Positions 1 through 10,210 of a stretch of DNA of 64,000 nucleotides are shown here, piece by piece. A program made the translations under genes and the position numbers. This DNA is from Prochlorococcaceae cyanobacterium ETNP18_MAG_14 (GTDB lineage: Bacteria; Cyanobacteriota; Cyanobacteriia; PCC-6307; Cyanobiaceae): the NCBI GenBank assembly GCA_030741055.1, contig JASLWC010000001.1:4061-68060 (forward strand). Reading direction: 5' to 3'. The number at the start of each line of letters is the position of its first letter. Position 1 is the stretch's first letter. A model generated the notes under the pieces. That model saw only the letters and a list, made by a program, of their open reading frames with translations, did no database searches and was not told where the DNA came from.

Positions 1-2648
1 GATTAGATACACAAGCGCGTGAATTGGAGCGACAGGCAGAACAGCATCAGCAGGAAGGGAAACGCCTGCAAGGGATCCGCCAAGACTTCAGCATTCGCCG
101 TCAAAAGTTGCAAGAGGACAGCAAAACTCAGACTGAAGATCCCCATCGCAGTGCTTTAGAGGCTGCCGAGAAGACTTGTAGGGATGCTGAAGCTGCTGTA
201 GAGGTCTCAAGACGAAGGCTTGGGGACGTTGCCGGTCGCTCTGGTGCTTGGCTGGAGGAGCAACGGCAGCGCAGCTCTCGCCGTCAGCAACTTCAAGCCA
301 CCCTTACTCCACTACAGCAAGAGCAGCAACAGCTTCAAGAACGCCAGCGTCAGGAAGCTGAGCGGCAAGTGGAGCTCGAGGCTGAGCAGCAGCGTGATGG
401 TGCTGAAGATCAGCAGGTACAAGAGCAGTTAGATCAACTCGAGCAGGAGTGGCAGACACTCATGCAAAACATCAGCGACCAGAAGCAGCAGGTTCAGCAA
501 ATCGCTGATTCCTTAGCAGTGCAGCAACGCACTCGTAATCGACTGGAGCAAGAACAAGCCCGCTTGGAGAAAGAAATCGCTCGGCTGGAAAGTCGTCGCG
601 AGACCTTGCAGGAAAGCCGTGGAACTGGAGCGCTGAGGTTGTTGCTTGAGGCCGGCTTGGAAGGCATCCATGGTCCTGTGGCCCAGCTTGGTGAAGTGGA
701 TGATCGCCATCGCCTTGCTTTGGAAGTAGCAGCCGGAGCACGTCTCTCTCAGGTGGTAGTAGACGATGACCGTATTGCCGCCAAAGCCATCGAATTGCTC
801 AAAAGCAGGCGAGCCGGTCGTCTTACCTTCCTGCCTCTTAATCGCATCAAAGCCTCTGTTGTTAGTAGCAATAGCGCCCTGGCTCGAGGTCAGAAGCCCG
901 GCAACAGTGATGCTGGTAAGGGCCTACTCGGTAGAGCTTTTGAGTTAGTGAGTTTCGAGCCTATTTATACGGAGGTGTTTGCTTATGTATTTGGCGAAAC
1001 CTTGGTGTTCACTGACTTGAAATCTGCTCGTTTTCAGCTTGGACGAACGCGGGCCGTGACACTTGATGGGGAGTTGCTGGAGAAGAGCGGTGCCATGACA
1101 GGTGGCAGTTTTTCTGGCCGCAGCAACAGCCTTAGTTTTGGCAGCAGCAATGATGGAGATGAAGCCGAACCACTGCGTCGCAGGCTGCTTGAACTTGGCG
1201 AGACTTTGGTGGCTTGCCGTCGAGAGGAAGCTCAGCTCAGCCAGGCCCTCGAGGAGGCTCGTCCCTCTTTAAGGCATTTAGAACAACGTCAAGCCGCGCT
1301 GGAAGCTGAACGAAGCGCTGCCCGCCGCTCCCACGGCCCCTTGATGGAACGACGACGTGAACGTTCTCAAAAAGTGGAGGGACTACAAGCGCATCAACAA
1401 CAACAGCAGCAGCGCCTCAACTCTCTGAGCGAGGAGTTGGCTCCCCTCATTCTTGAGCTACAGCAACTGGAGAAACAGGAAAAAGAAGCTCAAGCTGATG
1501 GCGATGCGGAGACTTGGCAACGATTGCAAGCGGACCTTGAAGCTGCTGATGTTGCACTTGGGGAAGCCAGAAATGATCGGGATCAGTTACTGAATGCTCA
1601 GCAGCAACGTCAGTTGGCACTTGAACGCTTAGGCGATCAGCAAGAGGTGCTGGCGACGGAAGAAAAAAGGCTGCAGGAGGCAGTTCAGGCCCTGGCAACT
1701 GCTCATACTCAATGGCGTGAGCAACAGAAAGAGCTTCAGCAGCGTCGCCAAACACTTGAGAGCCAACAGCAAGATTTACAGGCTCGTTTTGGTGAACAAC
1801 GTCGTGCCAGGGATATCGCTGAAGCAGAAGTGGCCGACCAGCGTCAACGACTGCAAGAGGCCCAGTGGAACTTGCAACGTTTACGAGAGGATCGCGAGTC
1901 CGTTGCAGAAGAGCTTCGCAGCGGAGGTATCCGACTTAAAGAACTTCAGCAGACCCTGCCAGATCCTCTCCCTGAGATACCAGAAGAGCTTCGTAGTGCA
2001 GGCCTCGAAGCTCTTGTGGCTGATCTGCAGCAGATACAAACAAGAATGGAAGCTCTCGAGCCAGTAAACATGTTGGCCCTTGAGGAACTGGAACAACTAG
2101 AACAGCGCTTAAGCGATCTGGTTGAAAGGCTGGAGGTTCTCTCTCAAGAGAGAGAAGAACTCTTACTCCGTATCGAGACCGTCGCCACCCTGCGTCAGGA
2201 AGCCTTTATGGAGGCATTTGAAGCAGTCGATGGACATTTCCGCGAGATCTTTGCCAGCCTCTCTGAAGGAGATGGCCATTTGCAGCTAGATAACCCTGAA
2301 GATCCCCTCGAAGGTGGTCTTACCTTGGTGGCCCATCCCAAAGGCAAAGCTGTGAGACGCCTTGCTGCCATGTCTGGTGGAGAAAAATCGCTTACTGCGC
2401 TTAGTTTTCTTTTCGCTCTTCAACGCTTTCGCCCTTCTCCCTTCTACGCTTTAGATGAGGTGGATAGTTTCCTAGATGGGGTGAATGTTGAGCGCCTTGC
2501 TGCCCTGATCGCCCGCCAGTCTGAACAGGCTCAGTTCATGGTTGTAAGCCACCGCCGGCCAATGATCGGCGCCTCCAAACGCACCATTGGCGTAACCCAG
2601 GCCCGTGGTGCTCATACTCAGGTAGTGGGGTTACCCGATGCTGCTTGA
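1..2648 (+). CDS. smc: Chromosome segregation protein SMC (5' end lies upstream of the window)
   Basis: Long coiled coils, hinge (GRLTFLPLN, GAMTGG), C-terminal signature MSGGEK and ALDEVD; frame is open from the window start. Confidence 0.97.
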   Translation, partial: LDTQARELERQAEQHQQEGKRLQGIRQDFSIRRQKLQEDSKTQTEDPHRSALEAAEKTCRDAEAAVEVSRRRLGDVAGRSGAWLEEQRQRSSRRQQLQATLTPLQQEQQQLQERQRQEAERQVELEAEQQRDGAEDQQVQEQLDQLEQEWQTLMQNISDQKQQVQQIADSLAVQQRTRNRLEQEQARLEKEIARLESRRETLQESRGTGALRLLLEAGLEGIHGPVAQLGEVDDRHRLALEVAAGARLSQVVVDDDRIAAKAIELLKSRRAGRLTFLPLNRIKASVVSSNSALARGQKPGNSDAGKGLLGRAFELVSFEPIYTEVFAYVFGETLVFTDLKSARFQLGRTRAVTLDGELLEKSGAMTGGSFSGRSNSLSFGSSNDGDEAEPLRRRLLELGETLVACRREEAQLSQALEEARPSLRHLEQRQAALEAERSAARRSHGPLMERRRERSQKVEGLQAHQQQQQQRLNSLSEELAPLILELQQLEKQEKEAQADGDAETWQRLQADLEAADVALGEARNDRDQLLNAQQQRQLALERLGDQQEVLATEEKRLQEAVQALATAHTQWREQQKELQQRRQTLESQQQDLQARFGEQRRARDIAEAEVADQRQRLQEAQWNLQRLREDRESVAEELRSGGIRLKELQQTLPDPLPEIPEELRSAGLEALVADLQQIQTRMEALEPVNMLALEELEQLEQRLSDLVERLEVLSQEREELLLRIETVATLRQEAFMEAFEAVDGHFREIFASLSEGDGHLQLDNPEDPLEGGLTLVAHPKGKAVRRLAAMSGGEKSLTALSFLFALQRFRPSPFYALDEVDSFLDGVNVERLAALIARQSEQAQFMVVSHRRPMIGASKRTIGVTQARGAHTQVVGLPDAA

Positions 2649-2710
2649 GGTAGTTCCTCTAAGTCCTTGAGTCAAAATGACTCGATTCGCCCCATGTTGA
2701 GGGCCTGCGT

Positions 2711-3817
2711 TTGACCACAACCCCATCTCCTAACGACCAATCGGTCACAGTGCCTAGCGATCGACTCTGGCTGCGCTCCGAGCTCATGGGCACTCACGTG
2801 ATCACCCGTGACACTGGACGTCGTCTTGGTGTCGTAGGCGAAGTTGTGGTCGATATTGATCGCCGTGAAGTGGTGGCCTTGGGGTTGCGGGATAACCCCA
2901 TGACCCGTTTTTTGCCCGGTCTTCCACGCTGGATGCCTCTTGATCGCATCCGCCAGGTGGGCGATGTCATCCTCGTGGATTCCTCTGATTCTCTAAAAGA
3001 AGGTTTCACTCCAGATCGCTATAGCCGAGTAATTAACTGTCAGGTCATCACTGAATCCGGAGAACAGCTGGGCAGGGTTTTGGGCTTTTCTTTCGATATT
3101 GAAACGGGCGAGCTAACAACCTTGGTTGTGGGAGCTCTTGGCGTTCCCTTGCTTGGAGAAGGGGTCCTCAGTACCTGGGAGATGCCGGTTGATGAGGTGG
3201 TTAGCAGCGGTGTAGATCGGATCATTGTTTATGAGGGCGCCGAGGAGAAGCTCAAGCAATTAAATAGCGGTTTCCTCGAAAAACTGGGTGTTGGTGGTCC
3301 TAGCTGGGAGGAACAAGAACGGGAGCGCTACCGGATGAATCTTGTGCCAGTGGAGAACCAGCTGGCTTCAGGACAGCCCACTGAACAGGAGCAGCATCGC
3401 TTGCAAGCCTCCACTACACAAACCTTTGAACCGGAAGAAGAGCTTGAATATGTAGAACTTGAAGAGAGCCAACAGGAGGCCATCCCTCAGCGGCGCTATC
3501 TCGACGAGGCGCCCTCAAGTTCTTCATCGAGCTATCGCAATTACAGGGAGGAACAGACGGCCTTTGCCGAGTCACCTGCTTATGAACAACAGGGGTCTAC
3601 TTCCGAAAATTCACCTGCTTATCAACAGAGGTCGGAATATCAAGAACAATTTCCCCAAAGGCCAAGGCCAGCCTCCCGTCGACCTGTTCAAAGCCCTGGT
3701 GATCCTCTCGATGTAGAGCCCATCGACGTTGCAAGTCGTCAGCCAATCAGACGAGCTGCAGAGGTCGATGATTCTCAACCCCGTAGAGATGGAGCTGAAC
3801 TGGAAGACCCATGGTGA
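2711..3817 (+). CDS. PRC-barrel domain protein with disordered acidic C-terminus
   Basis: Two PRC-barrel repeats (VITRDTGRRLGVV / VITESGEQLGRV); usual cyanobacterial neighbour of smc. Confidence 0.85.
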   Translation: MTTTPSPNDQSVTVPSDRLWLRSELMGTHVITRDTGRRLGVVGEVVVDIDRREVVALGLRDNPMTRFLPGLPRWMPLDRIRQVGDVILVDSSDSLKEGFTPDRYSRVINCQVITESGEQLGRVLGFSFDIETGELTTLVVGALGVPLLGEGVLSTWEMPVDEVVSSGVDRIIVYEGAEEKLKQLNSGFLEKLGVGGPSWEEQERERYRMNLVPVENQLASGQPTEQEQHRLQASTTQTFEPEEELEYVELEESQQEAIPQRRYLDEAPSSSSSSYRNYREEQTAFAESPAYEQQGSTSENSPAYQQRSEYQEQFPQRPRPASRRPVQSPGDPLDVEPIDVASRQPIRRAAEVDDSQPRRDGAELEDPW

Positions 3818-3823
3818 AGTAGA

Positions 3824-4264
3824 TCAGCGCAGCTTTTTGGGCTCATCTTCAAACTGAAGTGAAGCGCTGTTGACGCAATATCGCTTTCCAGTAGGTGTTG
3901 GCCCGTCGTTAAAGACATGACCTAGATGGGCATTGCAACGAGCGCAATTGATTTCAGTGCGCTTCATTCCATGACTGTGGTCTTCATGGGTGTGAATAGC
4001 ACCTGTCTTGACACCCTCCCAGAAGCTCGGCCAACCCGTACCTGAGTCAAACTTGGATGCTGAGCTGAACAGCACTGCACCGCAGCAGACGCAGGCATAC
4101 ATCCCTGTCTCTTTGTGGTTCCAGTAAGCACCTGTAAATGCTTGTTCAGTGCCCCCTTGACGAGCAACCTGATACTGCTCCTGGGTCAACCTCTTCTGCC
4201 ATTGCTCAGGGCTGAGATTGATCCACTCCAAGGAATCGGAGGCTGAGTCACCAAAACTGGACAT
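3824..4264 (-). CDS. msrB: Peptide-methionine (R)-S-oxide reductase
   Basis: KFDSGTGWPSF, HLGHVF and RYCVNS motifs; two CxxC. Confidence 0.96.
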   Translation of the reverse strand: MSSFGDSASDSLEWINLSPEQWQKRLTQEQYQVARQGGTEQAFTGAYWNHKETGMYACVCCGAVLFSSASKFDSGTGWPSFWEGVKTGAIHTHEDHSHGMKRTEINCARCNAHLGHVFNDGPTPTGKRYCVNSASLQFEDEPKKLR

Positions 4265-4282
4265 AAAAGGCAGATGAAGAAA

Positions 4283-5593
4283 TTAAAGATCCTTGAAACT
4301 ACCAAGAGCCTTTGGTAGCAAGCCACGCACCTCTTTGACCAGCGCCGATACAGCCCCAGGTTGTCCCCGCAGGCTTTGCAGATCCTCTCGCATCCCTTTG
4401 AGACGCTCTGGTGATTTCAGCCAACAATTTGCTTCATCAGCAATTTCCTGTGGCGAAATCGCGCCCATCCGTTCTGGGACCACCATGCGGCCTGCAGAGA
4501 TATTTGGCCAAGCCATTAAGCCATGACGACGGAGTCGCCATGCACTAAGTAATAGACCAATGCACCAACGCAGTCCGGGAAGCCTCGCCAGTAGGCCAAT
4601 CCAGCCATCCCAGGCCTGCATTACAGCCAAATGTTGGGTGGGAACTATCACAATCATTGGCACACCCAGCGCTCCTAATTCCGCAGTATTAGCTCCCACA
4701 GTGGTTAGAGCTAGATCGCACTGGCTCAAGGCCCCATGAGCTGGATGCTCCTCTTGGAGATGGATCACCGTGCCGGCCCTGGTGATAAATCTTCCCCAAG
4801 GTTGATTGGGTTCAGATGGCTTGAACTTGGCAATCTCAGAGTCGTAATCCGCTGCAATCGGATTACTCAAACCGACAAAACGTTCCAGTTCCTTAATGCT
4901 TGTGGTGGGCGCCACAGGCAGCAAAAAGCGACATTCAGGTTGCAGCGCTGCTAAGCGGTCGGCGGTTTCCAATAGGAAAGGAACACCGACGCATAGCTTG
5001 GCTCGTTTGGAGCCAGGTAGTAATGCCACCCAATTGCCTGGTGGCAGTGGCGCTTCAGCTCGAGCGTGGTATGACAAATCCGCCATTAGGTCGCCCACCA
5101 CAGTGCAGCGCTGCTGGAATCGAGCAGGCAGCTGATCCTTCACATTTGCTGACATGGCAGCAATGCGGTCATTCCAACGCGGCCAGCGAGCTACCCATTC
5201 GGCATAGGTGAGATGGCGATAGCCCAAGCGGACTGAAAGCAGCACGCTCCAGAACTGATCACCACCAAGAAAAACTACGATTCCTTGGTGAGGCCATGAT
5301 CCGTAGCGTTGGGGACGGAGTAACAAATCCCAAAAGTGTTGTGCTGGTGTGATCTGCTCAAATTGATTCCATTGCCTGGCGGCTTCTGCTTCTTTGCCTG
5401 TGCCATTAGGGCAGGGCACCAATACCAGCCGTAGGTCAATCGGCGAGATGCGCGCGCGTGGACGCATCAAAATGCTTCTATGCAGGTTCTCGGCAATGGG
5501 CCTAACCCAAGTGGTTAGTTCGCCTGGACCATTGGAGATCAGAACCACCGCCAGCGAAGCTTCCTGCATTACAGCTGGAGGTAGTGAGGTCAA
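4283..5593 (-). CDS. Lipid-A-disaccharide synthase-like glycosyltransferase
   Basis: SNGPGE and LLPGSK motifs of the cyanobacterial LpxB-related family. Confidence 0.75.
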   Translation of the reverse strand: MTSLPPAVMQEASLAVVLISNGPGELTTWVRPIAENLHRSILMRPRARISPIDLRLVLVPCPNGTGKEAEAARQWNQFEQITPAQHFWDLLLRPQRYGSWPHQGIVVFLGGDQFWSVLLSVRLGYRHLTYAEWVARWPRWNDRIAAMSANVKDQLPARFQQRCTVVGDLMADLSYHARAEAPLPPGNWVALLPGSKRAKLCVGVPFLLETADRLAALQPECRFLLPVAPTTSIKELERFVGLSNPIAADYDSEIAKFKPSEPNQPWGRFITRAGTVIHLQEEHPAHGALSQCDLALTTVGANTAELGALGVPMIVIVPTQHLAVMQAWDGWIGLLARLPGLRWCIGLLLSAWRLRRHGLMAWPNISAGRMVVPERMGAISPQEIADEANCWLKSPERLKGMREDLQSLRGQPGAVSALVKEVRGLLPKALGSFKDL

Positions 5594-5608
5594 GTTTTAA
5601 GGAAAGAA

Positions 5609-5690
5609 TGCGGATGGCGAGACTTGAACTCGCAAGGCCGAAGCCACACGCCCCTCAAACGTGCGTGTCTACCAATTCCACCACATCCGC
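5609..5690 (-). tRNA. tRNA-Leu(GAG)
   Basis: Reverse complement GCGGATGTGGTGGAATTGGTAGACACGCACGTTTGAGGGGCGTGTGGCTTCGGCCTTGCGAGTTCAAGTCTCGCCATCCGCA folds as a cloverleaf with a long variable arm, GTTCAA T-loop and GAG anticodon; no encoded CCA. Confidence 0.96.
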
Positions 5691-5813
5691 GTAGCTGACT
5701 CCACCGCGCGGGCTTCGTCGATGGTGGATCATACCGGCCAATGGTTCAGCTACTTATAAGCATGCTTGGCAGGGAGCGCTGATACGATCCGCCCAAAGAG
5801 TGTTTATTGCGGG

Positions 5814-7160
5814 ATGACCATCGGCAAAGTGCTGATCGCCAACCGCGGCGAGATTGCTCTCAGAATTCTGCGTACTTGCAGGGAGCTGGGAATCGCCACT
5901 GTGGCTGTGTACAGCACTGTGGATCGCAATGCGCTGCATGTTCAACTTGCAGATGAGGCCGTCTGTATTGGCGAAGCACCTAGCAGTAAGAGCTATCTGA
6001 ATATTCCCAATATCCTTGCGGCTGCAACCTCACGTGGAGTGGATGCTATCCATCCGGGTTATGGATTCCTGGCCGAAAATGATCGATTCGCTGAAATTTG
6101 TCGTGACCATGGCATCACGTTTGTAGGTCCTTCACCTCATGCGATTCGCTCTATGGGAGATAAGTCCACCGCTAAGGCGACAATGCAGCAGGTTGGTGTT
6201 CCGACGGTGCCAGGTAGTGAGGGCTTGTTAGAAAGCCCAGAGACAGCCGCTGAGTTGGCGACTGAGATGGGTTACCCAGTAATGATCAAAGCCACCGCAG
6301 GTGGTGGTGGCCGCGGCATGCGCCTGGTGAATTCGCCGGATCAATTGGAAAACTTGTTCAAGGCCGCCCAAGGAGAAGCTGAAGCAGCCTTTGGTAACCC
6401 TGGGCTCTATATGGAGAAATTCATCGACCGCCCTCGCCACGTGGAAGTGCAGGTGCTTGCAGATCGACACGGCAACGTAGTGCACCTCGGCGAACGCGAT
6501 TGCTCTATTCAGCGCCGCCATCAAAAACTGCTAGAAGAATCACCTAGCCCGGCTCTTGATCCCGCATTACGTAAGCAAATGGGAGAGGCTGCGGTGGCCG
6601 CAGCAAGGAGTATTGACTACGAAGGTGCTGGAACCGTGGAATTCCTGCTCGATCGCAATGGTGATTTCTATTTCATGGAGATGAACACCCGCATTCAGGT
6701 TGAGCATCCCGTTACAGAGATGGTTACAGGAATCGATTTGATCGCAGAACAGCTTGCAATCGCTGGGGGTGATCCGATCAGCTGCAAACAAGAGGACATC
6801 CAGTTGCGAGGCCATGCCATCGAGTGTCGAATTAATGCGGAGGACTCCACTCATAATTTTCGACCCTCGCCAGGGAAAATTACGGGGTGGTTACCACCCG
6901 GGGGGCCAGGTGTTCGCATCGATAGTCACGTTTACACCGGCTATGACATACCTCCTTTCTACGATTCATTAATTGGCAAGGTCATCGCCTGGGGGAAAGA
7001 TCGCGACGCAGCCCTTAAGCGAATGAAGCGAGCACTCAATGAGTGTGCGGTTACAGGCATCCCCACCACAGTCGAGTTTCATCTCGAACTGCTTAATCGC
7101 GAAGAATTCCTCAGCGGAAATGTACATACCAAATTCGTTGAGCAGGACATGCTCGAGTGA
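5814..7160 (+). CDS. accC: Acetyl-CoA carboxylase biotin carboxylase subunit
   Basis: [26 protein letters not shown] and [10 protein letters not shown] motifs; ATG at 5814 preferred. Confidence 0.97.
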   Translation: MTIGKVLIANRGEIALRILRTCRELGIATVAVYSTVDRNALHVQLADEAVCIGEAPSSKSYLNIPNILAAATSRGVDAIHPGYGFLAENDRFAEICRDHGITFVGPSPHAIRSMGDKSTAKATMQQVGVPTVPGSEGLLESPETAAELATEMGYPVMIKATAGGGGRGMRLVNSPDQLENLFKAAQGEAEAAFGNPGLYMEKFIDRPRHVEVQVLADRHGNVVHLGERDCSIQRRHQKLLEESPSPALDPALRKQMGEAAVAAARSIDYEGAGTVEFLLDRNGDFYFMEMNTRIQVEHPVTEMVTGIDLIAEQLAIAGGDPISCKQEDIQLRGHAIECRINAEDSTHNFRPSPGKITGWLPPGGPGVRIDSHVYTGYDIPPFYDSLIGKVIAWGKDRDAALKRMKRALNECAVTGIPTTVEFHLELLNREEFLSGNVHTKFVEQDMLE

Positions 7161-7201
7161 AAACAGCCGAGAGAAACCCTTTGCTGCCTTTCTGTCCAAT
7201 T

Positions 7202-7561
7202 TCAAATAATGGCTTGACTCTTCAGCAGAATCTGAGAGATCAGTCCTTGCTGACCGACCAGCAACTCTCTTAACAAACTGATCAGTCCGACCCAGATCAC
7301 GGGAGTTACATCCACACCACCGATCGGAGCTACCACCTTTCTGGTTATCACCAGCAGAGGCTCCGTGGGCCAACTAACCAAAGGCCAAAAACCTTCATTT
7401 AGCTTCACCTGGGGATACCAGGTGAGCACGATCCGAAAGATAAATGTCAGCGTCCATGCACCTAGAGAAAAGGCCAGCACCAGATGCAGTGTTGGTAGAG
7501 CCTCAATCAGAATTGGTGTCACAAAGCTCAAAGCATCAGCAGTTGCATCGTAGAAAGTCAC
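7202..7561 (-). CDS. YggT/Ycf19-family membrane protein
   Basis: RIVLTWYP...TEPLL...IGGVDVTPV; true start may be downstream. Confidence 0.88.
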   Translation of the reverse strand: MTFYDATADALSFVTPILIEALPTLHLVLAFSLGAWTLTFIFRIVLTWYPQVKLNEGFWPLVSWPTEPLLVITRKVVAPIGGVDVTPVIWVGLISLLRELLVGQQGLISQILLKSQAII

Positions 7562-7610
7562 CTTTAATCACTAGGATCTCTATGGCCTTGCCCAAGTCAG
7601 AACCACTGCT

Positions 7611-7730
7611 ATGACCGCTTCTCTCGCCAATTATCTGAGCAGCCTTGTTTGGGCCGCAGTCATCGTGGTGATACCTGCCACCGTTGCCGTTATCTTGATC
7701 AGTCAGAACGATCGACTTTCCCGTAAATGA
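7611..7730 (+). CDS. psbX: Photosystem II protein PsbX (39 aa, below ORF-track cutoff)
   Basis: Translates MTASLANYLSSLVWAAVIVVIPATVAVILISQNDRLSRK; lies between yggT and ycf66. Confidence 0.93.
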   Translation: MTASLANYLSSLVWAAVIVVIPATVAVILISQNDRLSRK

Positions 7731-7834
7731 TCGGGTGGAACGAAAGTTCTGATCACCCTTGGCGCTCTCCTTAGACTGAGCTTAAGGAGGCTGAATCTCA
7801 GCCTCATTTTCAGGCGTGTTCAGGGAGCGCAATT

Positions 7835-8866
7835 GTGGTCAATGCCAGTCTTAACTGGGGAAGCATTGTTGGGATCGTGCTTGCCGTGGGCGGTGCGATG
7901 CTCTATTTCATGCGCTCTTTCAAGCCAGCCTTGGCTCGAGACTATGACGTCTTTTTCGCTGCCATAGGCCTGCTTTGTGGTGGAGTTTTCTTTTTTCAGG
8001 GGTGGCGCTTAGATCCGATCTTGCAGTTCGGAGTGTTTCTCTTGGCGGGCACCACCATGTTTTTCGCCTACGAAAGTGTGCGACTAAGAGGCGTGGCCGT
8101 TGAGGGGGCTCGTCGTTCGTCTTATTTCGATGATGAGCCAGCGCCAGCGCCTATTAACCCGGCTGGAGGGTTGAGAGGTGGATGGGATGAGTCTTATGAA
8201 CGCTTTGAGGAGCCCCAGCCGCTTCGGCGGCGTTTCTCCAGTAGAGATGGCGATGACGCTGATCGTTCAGAGGGGGATTTCTATCGGCCCCGTAGGACCT
8301 CAAGAGCTGCAATACCGGAACAAGCTGCAAGCCGTCGTCGTGGGAATCAAGAGGAGGAGTCTTGGTCTGAGGACTCCGAACGTTCACGGCGCATGGCTCG
8401 ATTCGGTCGTCAGGACGACGATGCCAAAAATTCATCCAACTTTGGAGAGCGCCGCAGTACACGCCAAGATCAACGACGTGGCAGCCGACCCGCAGCCAAG
8501 CAACAAACCACTAGTCGCAGTCAATTAGATAACGAGCCAAGGCCTTCAAGTAGAGGGGAGTACGGATCAACAAAAAAACCTGGTGTGCCGCAGGGAGCAC
8601 CGATCCGTTCAGATGCCGAAGATGCAGCCTATTCACCAGTTAAGCCCAGATCCACGGGGGCTAGATCCGCAGCAGCCAGGTATTCGGGATCGAGGTCCAC
8701 TGGATCTAGATCCACTGGATCGAGCTCCTCTCAGCCACAGATTGATCCTTCCGCAAATATGCCTGAATCAGCCCCTTCACGTCCTTCATCATCGTTTCCT
8801 GAAGCAGGACGTTCAGCTCCGCGCAGTTCACGGCCTCGGGACAACAGTTCCCGTTTTGACGACTGA
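7835..8866 (+). CDS. ycf66: Ycf66-family protein
   Basis: N-terminal TM domain (LARDYDVFF, QGWRLDPILQF) with an R/S-rich disordered tail. Confidence 0.9.
   Translation: MVNASLNWGSIVGIVLAVGGAMLYFMRSFKPALARDYDVFFAAIGLLCGGVFFFQGWRLDPILQFGVFLLAGTTMFFAYESVRLRGVAVEGARRSSYFDDEPAPAPINPAGGLRGGWDESYERFEEPQPLRRRFSSRDGDDADRSEGDFYRPRRTSRAAIPEQAASRRRGNQEEESWSEDSERSRRMARFGRQDDDAKNSSNFGERRSTRQDQRRGSRPAAKQQTTSRSQLDNEPRPSSRGEYGSTKKPGVPQGAPIRSDAEDAAYSPVKPRSTGARSAAARYSGSRSTGSRSTGSSSSQPQIDPSANMPESAPSRPSSSFPEAGRSAPRSSRPRDNSSRFDD
8648..8722 (+). repeat. Degenerate 15-bp in-frame tandem repeat (about 5 copies, RSTGS-like) in ycf66
   Basis: agatccacgggggct/agatccgcagcagcc/aggtattcgggatcg/aggtccactggatct/agatccactggatcg. 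Confidence 0.7.
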
Positions 8867-8898
8867 AGCGCACTACTAACAATCTGCAGCAACTGATT

Positions 8899-9414
8899 TT
8901 GCTTTTGGGTTGCCTACTAGGCCTTGCAAGTTGCATCAATACTGTTGAAAGAGCACCTGGTGGACTATTGCAACGCAGTCAGCAGGATCCGGCTTTAAGC
9001 GGCAACGGCAAGATGCTTGCGGTGATTGTTGATCAGCGAGGTCGGCCAACCGTTCAGCTCAGGGACCTGCAAAACGGAAAAATCCTGCCTCTACGCCATT
9101 TCTCACGTCACCAACCCCATAGTTCCCCCTCCCTGAGTTGGAATGGTCGCTATTTGGCAGCGATTACCCAAAGAGGTGATCGACGCCTGACGATCATCGA
9201 AGACCGTTTGACCGGTAGGGTCCACCCGCTTCCTTTGCCAGGGGGGAGAGCACCTGTGCGCCTCAGCCTGGCACCAGATGCGCGTCAGCTAGCCCTGCAA
9301 GTTGCCTATCAGGGCCATTGGCGCATAGAGGTCTTTGATTTATCTCAGATACTTGAGCCTGATCCATCTTCGCGATTGCGACGCTCAATCTCATCAACTG
9401 AGATGGGCTCATGA
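8899..9414 (+). CDS. TolB/PD40-repeat-like lipoprotein
   Basis: Lipobox LASC; PALSGNG, PSLSWNG and LSLAPDA repeats; start may be CTG at 8863. Confidence 0.78.
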   Translation: MLLGCLLGLASCINTVERAPGGLLQRSQQDPALSGNGKMLAVIVDQRGRPTVQLRDLQNGKILPLRHFSRHQPHSSPSLSWNGRYLAAITQRGDRRLTIIEDRLTGRVHPLPLPGGRAPVRLSLAPDARQLALQVAYQGHWRIEVFDLSQILEPDPSSRLRRSISSTEMGS

Positions 9415-9917
9415 AAGATTTGCAATTGCCAAGCCTGCCAACTGGCCTTATGCCTCTACTGCTTTGCTTTGGGTTGGCTGCTTGCGGCAGAGAAGTGATG
9501 AGACCAATGCAAGATCTCAATAGCTCACTACTTCAATCGGCAAGCAGTCGTCGCGAACCGGCCTTTGGCCGGCGTTGGTTGGCCAGCCTTAGCAACTATC
9601 AGGGCAGAGAAAAAATTGAATTGCTCGACCTGCGAAGCCGCAGACCAGTTCCACTACCAGGTTTGAATCGACCAGATTCACATCCAATCAGTGTGAGTGT
9701 GAGTGCCAATGGCGAGCGCCTGGCGCTTGTAAGACAGCGTGGCGATCAAACGGAACTTTTGCTCTATCAACGCAGCCTGGGCACGGTTCAGCGGCTGGAA
9801 CTGAGCGCTAAAGGTATTCCTCGCAAGGTGAGTTTGGATGGCTTTGGTCGATTGCTGGCAGTTCAGGTCAGCCGTGACGGTCGATGGGATGTGGACTTGA
9901 TTCGACTCTCAAGCTGA
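9411..9917 (+). CDS. TolB/PD40-repeat-like lipoprotein (paralog of the previous gene)
   Basis: Lipobox LAAC; VSVSANG and VSLDGFG repeats; ATGA overlap with the upstream gene. Confidence 0.75.
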   Translation: MKDLQLPSLPTGLMPLLLCFGLAACGREVMRPMQDLNSSLLQSASSRREPAFGRRWLASLSNYQGREKIELLDLRSRRPVPLPGLNRPDSHPISVSVSANGERLALVRQRGDQTELLLYQRSLGTVQRLELSAKGIPRKVSLDGFGRLLAVQVSRDGRWDVDLIRLSS

Positions 9918-9934
9918 GATGACGAGCCAATCCT

Positions 9935-10198
9935 TCAAGGCATCAACCCAGCCCAGTGCAAGAAGGTGTCGCGACTAAGAACCTCAATCAGCAACACCGC
10001 AACCAAACCGATCATGGCGAAACGGCCGTTAACTCTTTCTGCATAGGCACTCCAGCCGAAAGCTGGAGGGTCTCCAGTGGTAGCACTGTTTGGCGGTGTA
10101 TTTGCCTCAGGTTGTGGATCTGAACTCTCAGAGCCCTTTTGGGATCCCTCGAAGACAGTCGGTTCGCCTGGGAGGTCTTGATTGGTTGACGTCATCAA
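9935..10198 (-). CDS. hli: High-light-inducible protein (HLIP/CAB-like)
   Basis: FGWSAYAERVNGRFAMIG chlorophyll-binding motif. Confidence 0.93.
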   Translation of the reverse strand: MMTSTNQDLPGEPTVFEGSQKGSESSDPQPEANTPPNSATTGDPPAFGWSAYAERVNGRFAMIGLVAVLLIEVLSRDTFLHWAGLMP

Positions 10199-10210
10199 AC
10201 CTGCTCAGGA

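Noticed and set aside
1-2648. Gln/Glu-rich repetitive DNA in smc
   Set aside because: Explained by coiled-coil composition
5609-5690. tRNA-Leu as an island integration site
   Set aside because: Flanked by core genes; no integrase or duplicated tRNA 3' end was seen
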